Positions 1-8,814 of a DNA stretch of 29,844 nucleotides are shown here, piece after piece. Origin of the DNA: a virus (Duplodnaviria > Caudoviricetes); the IMG/VR virus record IMGVR_UViG_3300033485_000063, positions 1 to 29,844 of that record; one strand, 5' to 3'. Each line of letters opens with the position of its first letter. Within the stretch, counting starts at the first letter, position 1. The position numbers and the translations under genes are program-made. The notes under the pieces were generated by a model that was not told the origin of the DNA, made no database searches, and saw only the letters and a program-made list of their open reading frames with translations.

Positions 1-324
1 GTGCTGGGGGTGGCGCGGGAGGAGTGGAAGAGGATCTCGAAACGACTCCATCGGCAGAAACTGCTGACGGAAAACGATGGCTCGGCGTTGGCGGCCTATT
101 GCATCGCGTACGAGCGCTGGGCGGACGCTGAGGAGAAGTTGCGGAAGTTCGGGACGGTCATAAAGTCGCCTCGGAACTTCTTGGTTCAGTCCCCGTACCT
201 GTCGATCTCGAACCGTGCGATGGAACAGATGCTGCGGGTCCTGACCGAGTTCGGGATGACGCCGTCCTCGCGCTCCCGCATCGACATCGACCCGGCCGGC
301 TCAGGTGGGGCTGATGAATGGTAG
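1..324 (+). CDS. terS: Terminase small subunit, P27-like family (5' end probably outside the window)
   Basis: Motifs AREEWKR, LAAYC..Y..W, SPY and EFGMTPSSRSRI; overlaps the start of the terminase large subunit gene. Confidence 0.9.
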   Translation: MLGVAREEWKRISKRLHRQKLLTENDGSALAAYCIAYERWADAEEKLRKFGTVIKSPRNFLVQSPYLSISNRAMEQMLRVLTEFGMTPSSRSRIDIDPAGSGGADEW

Positions 325-2027
325 ACGACGCTTCCGGCCTGCCGCCGGCGGAGCAGTACGCCCGCGCGGTCGTCTACGGGGAGATCGTCGCGTCCCGCTG
401 GGTTCGCTTGGCGTGCGAGCGATACTTCACGGACATCGAGCGGCAGGACGAGTTGGGGATCTACTTCGATTCGGATGCAGCCCAGCGTGTCATCCGGTTT
501 TTCTCCCTGCTGAAGCACAGCAAGGGGGAGTGGGCCGGGCAGGTCTTCCGCCTCGAGCCGTGGCAGGAGTTCATTCTCTGGAACCTGTTCGGCTGGAAGT
601 GGAAGGCATCGAAGTTGCGGCGGTTCCGCACGGGGTACATCGAGGTGGCGAGGAAGAACGGCAAGTCGACTTTCTTCGCCGGCATCGGCCTGTACCTGTT
701 CGCGTACGATGGGGAGCCCGGGGCCGAGGTGTACTGCGCCGCGACGAAGCGGGATCAGGCGAAGATCGTCTGGGGCGAGGCGCGGCGGATGGTGCAGAAG
801 TCTCCGGTCCTGCGAAGGAAGATCGATCTGTATCGAACGGCGTTGACGGTGGAGGAGAACGCCTCCAAGTTCGAGCCGCTGGGAGCGGACGATGACACGA
901 TGGACGGGCTGAACCCGCACGCCTCGATAATCGACGAGTTGCACGCCCACAAGTCCCGGGGCGTCTGGGACCTGCTGGAGACGGCGTCCGGTGCGAGGCG
1001 GCAGCCCATTCAGGTCGCCATCACGACGGCGGGATTCGACAAGCAGACGATCTGCTGGGATCAGCATGCTTACCTCGAGAAGGTGCTGGATGGAGTCCTC
1101 CCCGACGAAACGTACTTCGGGATGATCTACGCGCTGGACACGGACGACTCGTGGGAGGAGGAGGCGGTCTGGATCAAGGCGAATCCGAACCTCGGCATCA
1201 GCGTGAAGTGGGAAGACCTTCGACTGCAGGCGATACGGGCCCGTGATCTTCCGACTCAATTGAATAGTTTCCTTCGACTGCGGATGAATCAATGGACGGA
1301 GTCGTCCGTCCGCTGGATTCCGCCGGACGCGTGGGCCCGGTGCGATGGCCCCGTCGATGCGGATGGCCTGCGGGGGACGACGTGCTACACGGGATTGGAC
1401 TTGTCGACCACGACCGACCTGACGGCGCTCATTCATTTCTTTCCGAAGGAATGCGCCGGGGATAAACACAAAGTCCTCTGTCGGTTTTTCATGCCGCAGG
1501 ACAACGTGGCGAAGAGGGTCAAGCAGGATCGTGTTCCATACGATGTCTGGATTCGGCAGGGGTTCATCACGGCGACGCCCGGGAACGTCGTGGATTACGA
1601 CTACGTTCTGAAGCAGGTCGCCGACGATGCAGAGACGTTCGACGTGAAGGAGATCGGGTTCGATCGGTGGGGAGCCTCGCGGATACAGACTCAATTGCAG
1701 GACATGGGGCTGACGATAGTCCCGATCGGGCAGGGCTACCAATCGTTGTCGCCTCCCTCGAAGGAACTGGAGAAGATCGTGCTGAGCGGGGAACTGGCGC
1801 ACGGTGGGAATCCCGTCCTCCGATGGATGGCGAGCAATGCGGTCGTGCGCACCGATCCCGCCGGGAATATCAAGCCGGACAAGGCGAAATCGACGGAACG
1901 AATTGACGGCATCGTGGCGCTCGTTATGGCGATCGATCGGGCGAGCCGGGCTGGCGGGGATGTGAGCGTGTACGAGAAGCGCGGCGTCCTTACCTTCTCG
2001 CCCGGCGGCGGACAAGGGGAGGCATGA
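318..2027 (+). CDS. terL: Terminase large subunit
   Basis: LEPWQ adenine-binding motif, Walker A ARKNGKS, Walker B IIDELH, ITTAG, nuclease GLDLS..TDLTA, FDRW and RIDGIVA. Confidence 0.97.
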   Translation: MVDDASGLPPAEQYARAVVYGEIVASRWVRLACERYFTDIERQDELGIYFDSDAAQRVIRFFSLLKHSKGEWAGQVFRLEPWQEFILWNLFGWKWKASKLRRFRTGYIEVARKNGKSTFFAGIGLYLFAYDGEPGAEVYCAATKRDQAKIVWGEARRMVQKSPVLRRKIDLYRTALTVEENASKFEPLGADDDTMDGLNPHASIIDELHAHKSRGVWDLLETASGARRQPIQVAITTAGFDKQTICWDQHAYLEKVLDGVLPDETYFGMIYALDTDDSWEEEAVWIKANPNLGISVKWEDLRLQAIRARDLPTQLNSFLRLRMNQWTESSVRWIPPDAWARCDGPVDADGLRGTTCYTGLDLSTTTDLTALIHFFPKECAGDKHKVLCRFFMPQDNVAKRVKQDRVPYDVWIRQGFITATPGNVVDYDYVLKQVADDAETFDVKEIGFDRWGASRIQTQLQDMGLTIVPIGQGYQSLSPPSKELEKIVLSGELAHGGNPVLRWMASNAVVRTDPAGNIKPDKAKSTERIDGIVALVMAIDRASRAGGDVSVYEKRGVLTFSPGGGQGEA

Positions 2028-3346
2028 TGGGACTCTACGGGAGGATCGAGAGGTTCCTCAACGGCCTGACCCGGGACGTCTCCTTGACGAACGAGAAGGC
2101 GTGGAACCCGAGTCTGTGGAACCTGATCGGGGCGCAATCCGTGAGCGGGGAGAATGTGACCGAATCGACCGCGATGACCTATGCGGCGGTCTGGAACGCG
2201 GTGGCCCTGATCGCCGGAAGCATCGGCGCCCTTCCGCTTCATCTCATGCAGCGGAAGGAGAAGAGCAAGAAGATCGCGGACAATCAGCGACTGTACTGGG
2301 TCATGCACGATCAGGCGAACGATTACATGACGGCGATGGCCTTCCGCGAGACGATGATGTCCCACGTCCTTCTGTGGGGAAACGGATACGCGGAGATCGT
2401 ACGGAACGGGATGGGGGAGATCATTCAACTCTGGCCCATCACTCCGAATCGCGTGCGGGTCATCATGCGCGACGGGCAGATGATCTACATCGTGCGGGTC
2501 GACGGCAAGGACGTCGCCATCCCGAGGGGCAATATCCTTCATGTGCCGGGGCTGGGATTCGATGGCTTTCAGGGGTACTCGGTCGTGGCGATGGCCCGCA
2601 GATCACTCGGGCTCGGCATGGCGCTGGAGACGTTCGGGTCCCTGTACTTCTCGAATGGGACCCACCCCGGGACGATCATCTCGCATCCCGGGAAACTCTC
2701 GGACGCAGCCCATAACAATCTGCAGGAATCGTTGACGCAGGCGTACTCGGGGCTTGGGAAGTCCCATCGGCTGCTGCTGATCGAGGAGGGGATGACGGTG
2801 CAGAAGTTCGGTGTCCCACCGGACGATGCGCAGTTCCTCGAGAGCCGGCAGTTTCAGATCCCGGAGGTCGCCCGCTGGTTCAATCTTCCGCCGCATAAAC
2901 TCAAGGATCTCACCCGGTCGTCGTTCTCGAATATCGAGAGCGAACAGATCAGTTTCGTGACGGACTCGATCCTGCCGTGGCTCGTGCGGCTGGAGCAGAA
3001 CTACAATATGCAATTGCTGACGAAGGACGACAAGAACCTGCGCGGGCATGGACGCCTGTATTTCAAGCACGTCGTGGAGGGGCTCCTCCGCGGCGACTCC
3101 GCCAGTCGTGCGGACTTCTATACGAAGATGTTCAACGTCGGGGCGATGAGCCCGAACGAGATTCGGGAGAAGGAAGACATGGACCCGTACCCCGGCGGGG
3201 ACATCCGTGTCGTTCCGTTGAACATGACGACGCCGCAGAATGCCCTGAAGCCGCCCGCGCCTGCTGTCCCTCCGAACAAGGGGAATGGCAAGGACACGTC
3301 GGAGGAAGAGGAAGGTCAGGAGGAGAGCGATGTCGAACCCGCGTGA
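2024..3346 (+). CDS. HK97-family portal protein
   Basis: LLWGNGY, ILHVPGLGFDGFQGYS, DAQFLESRQFQIPEVARWFNLPPH, SFSNIE, LLRGD, MSPNEIREKE; ATGA overlap with terL. Confidence 0.96.
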   Translation: MMGLYGRIERFLNGLTRDVSLTNEKAWNPSLWNLIGAQSVSGENVTESTAMTYAAVWNAVALIAGSIGALPLHLMQRKEKSKKIADNQRLYWVMHDQANDYMTAMAFRETMMSHVLLWGNGYAEIVRNGMGEIIQLWPITPNRVRVIMRDGQMIYIVRVDGKDVAIPRGNILHVPGLGFDGFQGYSVVAMARRSLGLGMALETFGSLYFSNGTHPGTIISHPGKLSDAAHNNLQESLTQAYSGLGKSHRLLLIEEGMTVQKFGVPPDDAQFLESRQFQIPEVARWFNLPPHKLKDLTRSSFSNIESEQISFVTDSILPWLVRLEQNYNMQLLTKDDKNLRGHGRLYFKHVVEGLLRGDSASRADFYTKMFNVGAMSPNEIREKEDMDPYPGGDIRVVPLNMTTPQNALKPPAPAVPPNKGNGKDTSEEEEGQEESDVEPA

Positions 3347-3485
3347 GGAACTGTTGAACTTTCTGCTCAAGAAGAAGATCCCGATTCGCCTCGCGATCGA
3401 CATCCTCGAGCGGGCGCAGGCGGATATAGAAGAGAAGAAGCGTGGAAGAGAGAAGGCGATCCTGCCGAAATACGAGACGAGATGA
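3330..3485 (+). CDS. Small basic hypothetical protein (51 aa, MSNPREELLNFLLKKKIPIRLAIDILERAQ...)
   Basis: AGGAGGAG Shine-Dalgarno before ATG 3330; exactly fills the portal-protease gap. Confidence 0.6.
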   Translation: MSNPREELLNFLLKKKIPIRLAIDILERAQADIEEKKRGREKAILPKYETR

Positions 3486-3496
3486 AGGAGGTCATC

Positions 3497-4369
3497 ATGT
3501 ACTACAAGGTGGACGAGGTGGAACGCAGATGCCTGCCGATGTCGGAAGTCGAACTGCGCGTTGACGGGGAGGATGCTCCGAAGATCACAGGGTATGCCGC
3601 CGTCTTCAACACATGGGCGGACATCGGAGGGTGGTTCCGCGAGTCCATCCGCCCGGGGGCGTTCGCGAAGACGATCAAGGAGAACGACATCCGGGGCCTC
3701 GTGAATCATGACGAGAACTTCGTCCTCGGCAGGAACAAGGCGAAGACGCTGACGCTGCGCGAGGACGACAAGGGACTCGCGACGACGATCACCCCGCCGG
3801 GGACGACGTGGGCGAACGACCTGCTCGTGTCGATGCGGCGCGGCGATGTGAATCAGATGTCGTTCGGGTTCATCGTGAACAAGGCGGAGTACGACTACGA
3901 CAAGGACGAGCGCGTGTTGACGGATGTCACGCTGTTCGACGTGAGCGTGGTGACGTTCCCCGCGTATCCGACGACCTCCGCGCAGGTGCGATCGCTGTTC
4001 CAGAACAAGGGGAAGATGCCGTCCGTGACGACCACCGGCACCATCACCGTGTCGAGCGAAGCCGCCTCGACGGGGTGGGTCAACAGCGACGGCACGGCGG
4101 TGAGGACGGACTGGGGACTGGTCCCCGGAGGCGTGATCGTTCCCGGCGGGATCGTCCTACCTCCGCCGATCACGGAGGAGTGGAAGGAACTGTACCGGAT
4201 CGCCGACAAGATTCGCGACCGGCAGGAACTCACCGCCGACGAACTGCGCACGATGCTGGCGTTCCTCCCGGGGCTGCAGGAGAAGCCGCAGGACCCGCCT
4301 CCCGCCCCGGCGAAGGTGATGGACAAGTTCACGGAACTGTTCTACAGGGCAGAGAAGGCGACGGCGTGA
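3497..4369 (+). CDS. HK97-family prohead protease with C-terminal extension
   Basis: ITGYAAVFN, FRESIRPGAF, NHD, LREDDKGL, MSFGF, DVSVVTFPAYPTT. Start placed at ATG 3497 after AAGGAGGT (ORF track start is 3482). Confidence 0.93.
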   Translation: MYYKVDEVERRCLPMSEVELRVDGEDAPKITGYAAVFNTWADIGGWFRESIRPGAFAKTIKENDIRGLVNHDENFVLGRNKAKTLTLREDDKGLATTITPPGTTWANDLLVSMRRGDVNQMSFGFIVNKAEYDYDKDERVLTDVTLFDVSVVTFPAYPTTSAQVRSLFQNKGKMPSVTTTGTITVSSEAASTGWVNSDGTAVRTDWGLVPGGVIVPGGIVLPPPITEEWKELYRIADKIRDRQELTADELRTMLAFLPGLQEKPQDPPPAPAKVMDKFTELFYRAEKATA

Positions 4370-4388
4370 TAACGGGCTTTGCCACGAT

Positions 4389-4457
4389 CCTCCCGTACCG
4401 GCTTGCAAACCATACGGGGGGCGAAGCGGAACCGGCTTGCAAACCATTCCGCATCGC
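4389..4457 (+). promoter_or_regulatory. Tandem pair of hairpins with identical 17-nt core, upstream of the major capsid gene
   Basis: ACCGGCTTGCAAACCAT at 4397-4413 and 4431-4447, closed by different stems (CCCGTA/TACGGG and GCGGAA/TTCCGC). Confidence 0.7.
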
Positions 4458-4514
4458 ATACGAGGTCGGGGTCGGACTTCAACTATCTGACAATACATGC
4501 GGAGGTAGGACAGG

Positions 4515-5834
4515 ATGAAGACGATCACGCAGTACCGCGAGGATCTTGCGCGGCTCGTCAAGAAGGTCGGAGACATCGATGCAAAGTGCATCGCCGAGAA
4601 TCGCGATCCGTCCGCGAGCGAGATCAAACTGAAGACGGAACTCATGGACGGCGTCGACGAACTGCGCACGATCATCGCGACGCAGGAGCGGCAGGAGCGG
4701 ATGACCACGGACCTCGAAGCCCCGAGCGCGCAGCCCCTGTCGCGCCCGCGTCCGCAAAGCACCCCGCCAGAGGAGCGGCGGCAGGATCGGTTCATGTCTT
4801 TCGGTGAGCAGATGGCGGCGGTGTATCGCGCCGGCCTGCCCGGCGGGTCCGTCGATCCGCGTCTGTACAAGTCGCGTGCCATCTCGGGGCTGTCCGAGAC
4901 CGTTCCGTCCGATGGCGGGTTCCTCGTGCAGACGGACTTCTCCACGCAACTGCTGCAGGACGTGTTCACGACCGGCGTCCTCGCCTCCCGGTGCCGCAGG
5001 GTGCCGATCAGCGGCGGCGCGAACGGCACGAAGATCAACGGCGTGGACGAGACCTCCCGCGTGTCGACCCGCTACGGCGGCGTCGTCGGGTACTGGGAGG
5101 GCGAGGCGGATCAGTTCACCGGCAAGAAGCCGAAGTTCCGCAAGATCGAACTGACGCTGAAGAAACTGACCGGCCTCTGCTACGCCACGGACGAGTCGCT
5201 CGAAGACGCCGCGCAACTGGAGGGCGTCATCCGCGAGTCGTTCATCGGCGAGTTCGGGTTCCTGCTCGACGAGGCGATCGTCAACGGGACCGGCGCGGGC
5301 CAGCCGCTCGGGTTCCTCAATGCCGGGTGCCTCGTGACCGTCGACAAGGAGACGGGGCAGAAGGCGGCGACCGTGCAGGCGGAGAACATCGACAAGATGT
5401 ACTCGCGTCGGTTCGCCGGCCAGACGTCGAACTACATCTGGGTCTACAACCAGACGATCGAGCCGCAACTGTCGCAGATGGCGTACTCGGTCGGCACCGG
5501 CGGCATCCCGGTGTACCTCCCGCCCGGCGGCATGGCGGACGCCCCCTACGGTCGGATCAAGGGGCTTCCGGCAATCGCCATCGAGCAGGCGGCGGCGCTC
5601 GGGACGGTCGGCGACATCTGCCTCTGCAACTTCGCCAACGGGTACGTCCTCGCGGAGAAGGGTGGCATTCGGTCGGACGTAAGCATTCACGTCCGGTTCG
5701 AGTACGACGAGCAGGTGTTCCGTTTCATCATGCGGGTCGACGGCCAGCCGGTCCGGGCGTCCGCGCTCACGCCGTACAAGGGCGGCGCGTCGGCGACCAT
5801 GTCGCACTTCATCGCGCTCCAGACCAGATCGTAA
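4515..5834 (+). CDS. HK97-fold major capsid protein with N-terminal coiled-coil (delta-like) domain
   Basis: SDGGFLVQTDF, YWEGEA, ELTLKKL, TDESLEDA, AIVNGTGAGQPLG, FEYDEQVFRFIMRVDGQP; follows the protease. Confidence 0.96.
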   Translation: MKTITQYREDLARLVKKVGDIDAKCIAENRDPSASEIKLKTELMDGVDELRTIIATQERQERMTTDLEAPSAQPLSRPRPQSTPPEERRQDRFMSFGEQMAAVYRAGLPGGSVDPRLYKSRAISGLSETVPSDGGFLVQTDFSTQLLQDVFTTGVLASRCRRVPISGGANGTKINGVDETSRVSTRYGGVVGYWEGEADQFTGKKPKFRKIELTLKKLTGLCYATDESLEDAAQLEGVIRESFIGEFGFLLDEAIVNGTGAGQPLGFLNAGCLVTVDKETGQKAATVQAENIDKMYSRRFAGQTSNYIWVYNQTIEPQLSQMAYSVGTGGIPVYLPPGGMADAPYGRIKGLPAIAIEQAAALGTVGDICLCNFANGYVLAEKGGIRSDVSIHVRFEYDEQVFRFIMRVDGQPVRASALTPYKGGASATMSHFIALQTRS

Positions 5835-5846
5835 GGGGGTGATCAC

Positions 5847-6323
5847 ATGCTGACCCCCGAGAATATCGCGATCATCATGGGGCACGAGCCCGCCGCGTCG
5901 AACGCTCTCGGAGACACGTCCGATGCGATCTCCCTCAAAGGCGCGAAGGGCGTGCTGATCCTCGTCTCCGAGAACTCCGGCGGCGGGGATACGGATCTCG
6001 TCCTCACTGTCCACGAGGGGTCCACGGCGGCGCTTGCCGCTGCGGGTGGGACCGCGATCTCCGCGACCTTCCCGATCTGGACGAACCTCGACTGCGCGGC
6101 TACCGATCTGTGGACTCGGCAGACGGACGCCGCGACGTACACCATCGACGCGACCCCGGCGAAACTGAATCAGGTCGCGTTCTACATCGACGCCTCGATC
6201 CTCGCGGCGGGGAATTCGTGGATCGCCCTCGGGTCGAGCGGCGGGCACGCAAACAATCGCGTCGCCGTGACGTACCTGCTCGACGCGCCACGGTTCGCGC
6301 CGTCGCCAACCGCCATCGCGTAA
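5847..6323 (+). CDS. Putative capsid cement/decoration protein A
   Basis: Directly after the capsid gene, GGGGGT RBS, beta-rich small protein; resembles the next ORF. Function inferred from position. Confidence 0.6.
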   Translation: MLTPENIAIIMGHEPAASNALGDTSDAISLKGAKGVLILVSENSGGGDTDLVLTVHEGSTAALAAAGGTAISATFPIWTNLDCAATDLWTRQTDAATYTIDATPAKLNQVAFYIDASILAAGNSWIALGSSGGHANNRVAVTYLLDAPRFAPSPTAIA

Positions 6324-6341
6324 GAAAACGGAGGGAGAGAC

Positions 6342-6836
6342 ATGAGCGGTTTCAATATCGCGGAGAACGGACACGTCGTCCAATTGGTCATTCCGCACGA
6401 CTTGAACGGCGGGGACCATCATAGCGACGTGGTGAACATGGAGGGGTACGCCCACTGCACGATGCTCGTGCAGATCGGCGCGGCATCGCGAGCGGCGGGG
6501 GTCATCACCGTCGAGTCGTGCTCCGCGCTTGGCGGTGGAGGCACGAACACGAAGATCGACTTCACCGCCTACAAGTGCGAGACCGCGTACGGGTCCGCGA
6601 ACGACGACGTCCTCGGCGCGAAGGTTGCCGTGGACGACACGACCGGCATCGTCCCGCCGGCGGGTACGACCGGCATCTTCTACGTCATCGAACTGGAGTC
6701 CTCGCAACTGGTATCGGGGCATGTCGGGTTCCGGCTCGACATCGTCGATCCCGCTGCGGAGCAGTTCACTTCAGCGGTGGCGATCTTGAGCGGGTCGCGG
6801 TACGGTTCGCCGCAGAGCCCGACGACGGTCGACTAA
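6342..6836 (+). CDS. Putative capsid cement/decoration protein B
   Basis: GGAGGGAG RBS; ENxxV...P...SD.V.M.G pattern shared with the previous ORF. Confidence 0.6.
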   Translation: MSGFNIAENGHVVQLVIPHDLNGGDHHSDVVNMEGYAHCTMLVQIGAASRAAGVITVESCSALGGGGTNTKIDFTAYKCETAYGSANDDVLGAKVAVDDTTGIVPPAGTTGIFYVIELESSQLVSGHVGFRLDIVDPAAEQFTSAVAILSGSRYGSPQSPTTVD

Positions 6837-6842
6837 CAAACG

Positions 6843-6870
6843 GGGGCGGAGGTCTTCACGACTCCGCCCC
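6843..6870. terminator. GC-rich intergenic hairpin with no + strand U-tract (terminator or stability element)
   Basis: GGGGCGGAG (6843-6851) pairs with CTCCGCCCC (6862-6870), just after the stop at 6836. Confidence 0.5.
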
Positions 6871-6886
6871 ATCAGAGGAGGACTGG

Positions 6887-7066
6887 ATGCACCAAGAGAT
6901 TCTGCATGCGATTCGCAAGATCTCGCGGGAGATCGCGATCGAAGAGATCGAGAAGGCGGAGGCAAGGAAGAAGGAGGCACCGCCGCCCGCGCCCGTCGTG
7001 GTCGCCGATCCCGTGTTCGGCGGGGGCGATACGTGGAAGTCGACACCGGAGAAGGACAACATCTAA
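6887..7066 (+). CDS. Small hypothetical protein (59 aa, MHQEILHAIRKISREIAIEEIEK...)
   Basis: GAGGAGGA RBS before ATG 6887; this is the 3' part of track ORF 6518..7066. Confidence 0.6.
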   Translation: MHQEILHAIRKISREIAIEEIEKAEARKKEAPPPAPVVVADPVFGGGDTWKSTPEKDNI

Positions 7067-7105
7067 TCGGCTGCGTCCGAACAGGGCGAGCCACGGAGGT
7101 GAGTC

Positions 7106-7618
7106 ATGTCGAGTTACAGTCCGAGCACGATCGCACGAGTCGCGGACATCAATCGCGGTCTGTGCGTGCAGACGACCACGTTCCTCAATGCGACCTACAT
7201 CGGGGTCGCGCAGCAGTCGCTCTTCACCGTGAAGGGCGTGATCAGGATCATCTACCTCGGGATCGAGGCGATCACCACATGGTCGGCGGATGCGACGACC
7301 CTGAAGTTCGGGTTCGACTCTTCCGACCCTGCGGTGGCAGCGGTCGATCTCTGCACCGCGTCCGGTGCGCTCACGTCCCTCGCGAGGGGGAAACGGGTCG
7401 CAGTCAAGGGTGATGCGCTTGCCACGGGTGCGCTCGAATCCGCGAACCAGACCGTGTCGCTCGGGACTTCCCCCGTCGACGTCGGCGCGGAAGGCGGGAC
7501 GGGCGTGCTCTATCTGACCGGCGCAGGCGCGGCGCAGACCGGAGCGACGGCGACGTCGAAGGTCACGCTGCTGTACGTTCCGATCAGCGAGGGTGCATAC
7601 GCGGAGGCATTGATCTAA
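7106..7618 (+). CDS. Hypothetical virion protein (170 aa, Thr/Ala/Gly-rich, beta-type)
   Basis: GGAGGTGA RBS; lies between capsid and neck genes. Confidence 0.7.
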   Translation: MSSYSPSTIARVADINRGLCVQTTTFLNATYIGVAQQSLFTVKGVIRIIYLGIEAITTWSADATTLKFGFDSSDPAVAAVDLCTASGALTSLARGKRVAVKGDALATGALESANQTVSLGTSPVDVGAEGGTGVLYLTGAGAAQTGATATSKVTLLYVPISEGAYAEALI

Positions 7619-7627
7619 CAACCGGAC

Positions 7628-7661
7628 GGCGGGGAGGGAGTTCGGGGAGAACCTCCCCGCC
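7628..7661. terminator. GC-rich intergenic hairpin with no U-tract
   Basis: GGCGGGGAGG (7628-7637) pairs with CCTCCCCGCC (7652-7661). Confidence 0.5.
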
Positions 7662-7681
7662 AACATTGAGGGGGAACCGGC

Positions 7682-8218
7682 ATGACGGTATATCAGGTGA
7701 CGACGATAAAAAGATTCGTCGGTCTGTCGACCGACACGAAGCCGACGGACGCGCCGATCGGTTCCTCGTTCTGGTGCTATGACACCGGGGTCATGTTCAA
7801 GACCTACGATGGAACGAATTGGATCGCGTGGAGCGAGAACTCCGTCGTGCAGCCGGGGACGATCGATCTCCATAACGCGGCGAACACCTACGACCTGTTC
7901 ACCGCGACGGGCGGCGGCGTGTACGTCGAATACTTCACGTTGACGTTGCCGAACAAGGACTTGACCGACGACGCGGCGCTGACCGGCATCACCGTGCAGA
8001 CGGACACCACGACCGTCGTGACCCTGATCGCGTCGGCGGCCGGGCTGAAGGCGCAATTGACGGCGAACAAGGTGTTCACCTTCGCGACGCCGTTCGCGCT
8101 TCCGGTGGGGAAGAAGATTCAACTGACGATCGTCGGCGGGACGGCGACGGATGATCCCACGACCTGCATCACGTCGTGTCGGTATCGCTCGATCAACCCT
8201 GCGGGCTATCTCGCGTAG
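7682..8218 (+). CDS. Hypothetical two-domain virion protein (N-terminal STDTKPT module plus a domain resembling 7106..7618)
   Basis: GAGGGGG RBS; GLSTDTKPT...DTG...YDGTNW module; C-terminal similarity to the upstream ORF. Confidence 0.7.
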   Translation: MTVYQVTTIKRFVGLSTDTKPTDAPIGSSFWCYDTGVMFKTYDGTNWIAWSENSVVQPGTIDLHNAANTYDLFTATGGGVYVEYFTLTLPNKDLTDDAALTGITVQTDTTTVVTLIASAAGLKAQLTANKVFTFATPFALPVGKKIQLTIVGGTATDDPTTCITSCRYRSINPAGYLA

Positions 8219-8226
8219 GAGGGGGC

Positions 8227-8814
8227 ATGGTCGCCACACTCGTTCTCGGTCCGACGGAAGAGCCCGTGACCGTCGCGGACATGAAGGACTATCTGCGGGT
8301 GGACACCACGACGGATGATGGGCTGATCGCGGCGCTCATCACCGCAGCCCGCGAGGAGATCGAGGACTGGACGCGGCGGAAGTTCATGACGCAGACGTGG
8401 GACTACTTTCCGCAGCGGTTCCCGTCGGCGAATTACATCACGATCCCATTCGGGAATCTGAAGACGGTGACATACGTCAAGCACACGGATACGGCGGGGA
8501 CCGTCACGACGTTGACTGCGGGCACGGACTACATCGTCGAGACGAACGGAGATCAGCATGGGCGCATCGTGCTGCCGTATGGGGAGACGTGGGCGAGCGG
8601 ACCGTTCTACACGTCGAACCCGATCGTCATTCGGTTCGTCTGCGGGTGGACGACGCGGGCGTCCGTGCCGGGGAAGATCAGGACCGCGATCATGCTGCGC
8701 GTCGCGGCGAGGTACGAGGACCGGGGCGAGTCGGTCATCGGGCAGACGGTCGTGGAGAACAAGGCGGCGGAGATGCTGATCGCGTCCGAGCGGCTGTGGG
8801 GGATCTTCGAGTGA
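8227..8814 (+). CDS. Head-tail connector (gp6/gp15-like, long form)
   Basis: PTEEPVTVADMKDYLRVD...DDGLIAALITAAREEIE..T.R..MTQTW, IRFVCGW, VPGKIRTAI, YEDR; AGGAGG RBS before ATG 8227. Confidence 0.9.
   Translation: MVATLVLGPTEEPVTVADMKDYLRVDTTTDDGLIAALITAAREEIEDWTRRKFMTQTWDYFPQRFPSANYITIPFGNLKTVTYVKHTDTAGTVTTLTAGTDYIVETNGDQHGRIVLPYGETWASGPFYTSNPIVIRFVCGWTTRASVPGKIRTAIMLRVAARYEDRGESVIGQTVVENKAAEMLIASERLWGIFE

Noticed and set aside
4397-4447. 17-nt direct repeat as a mini-CRISPR or att core
   Set aside because: Only two copies with a 17-nt gap whose halves pair with the flanks; no cas or integrase gene in the window. Better explained as twin hairpins.
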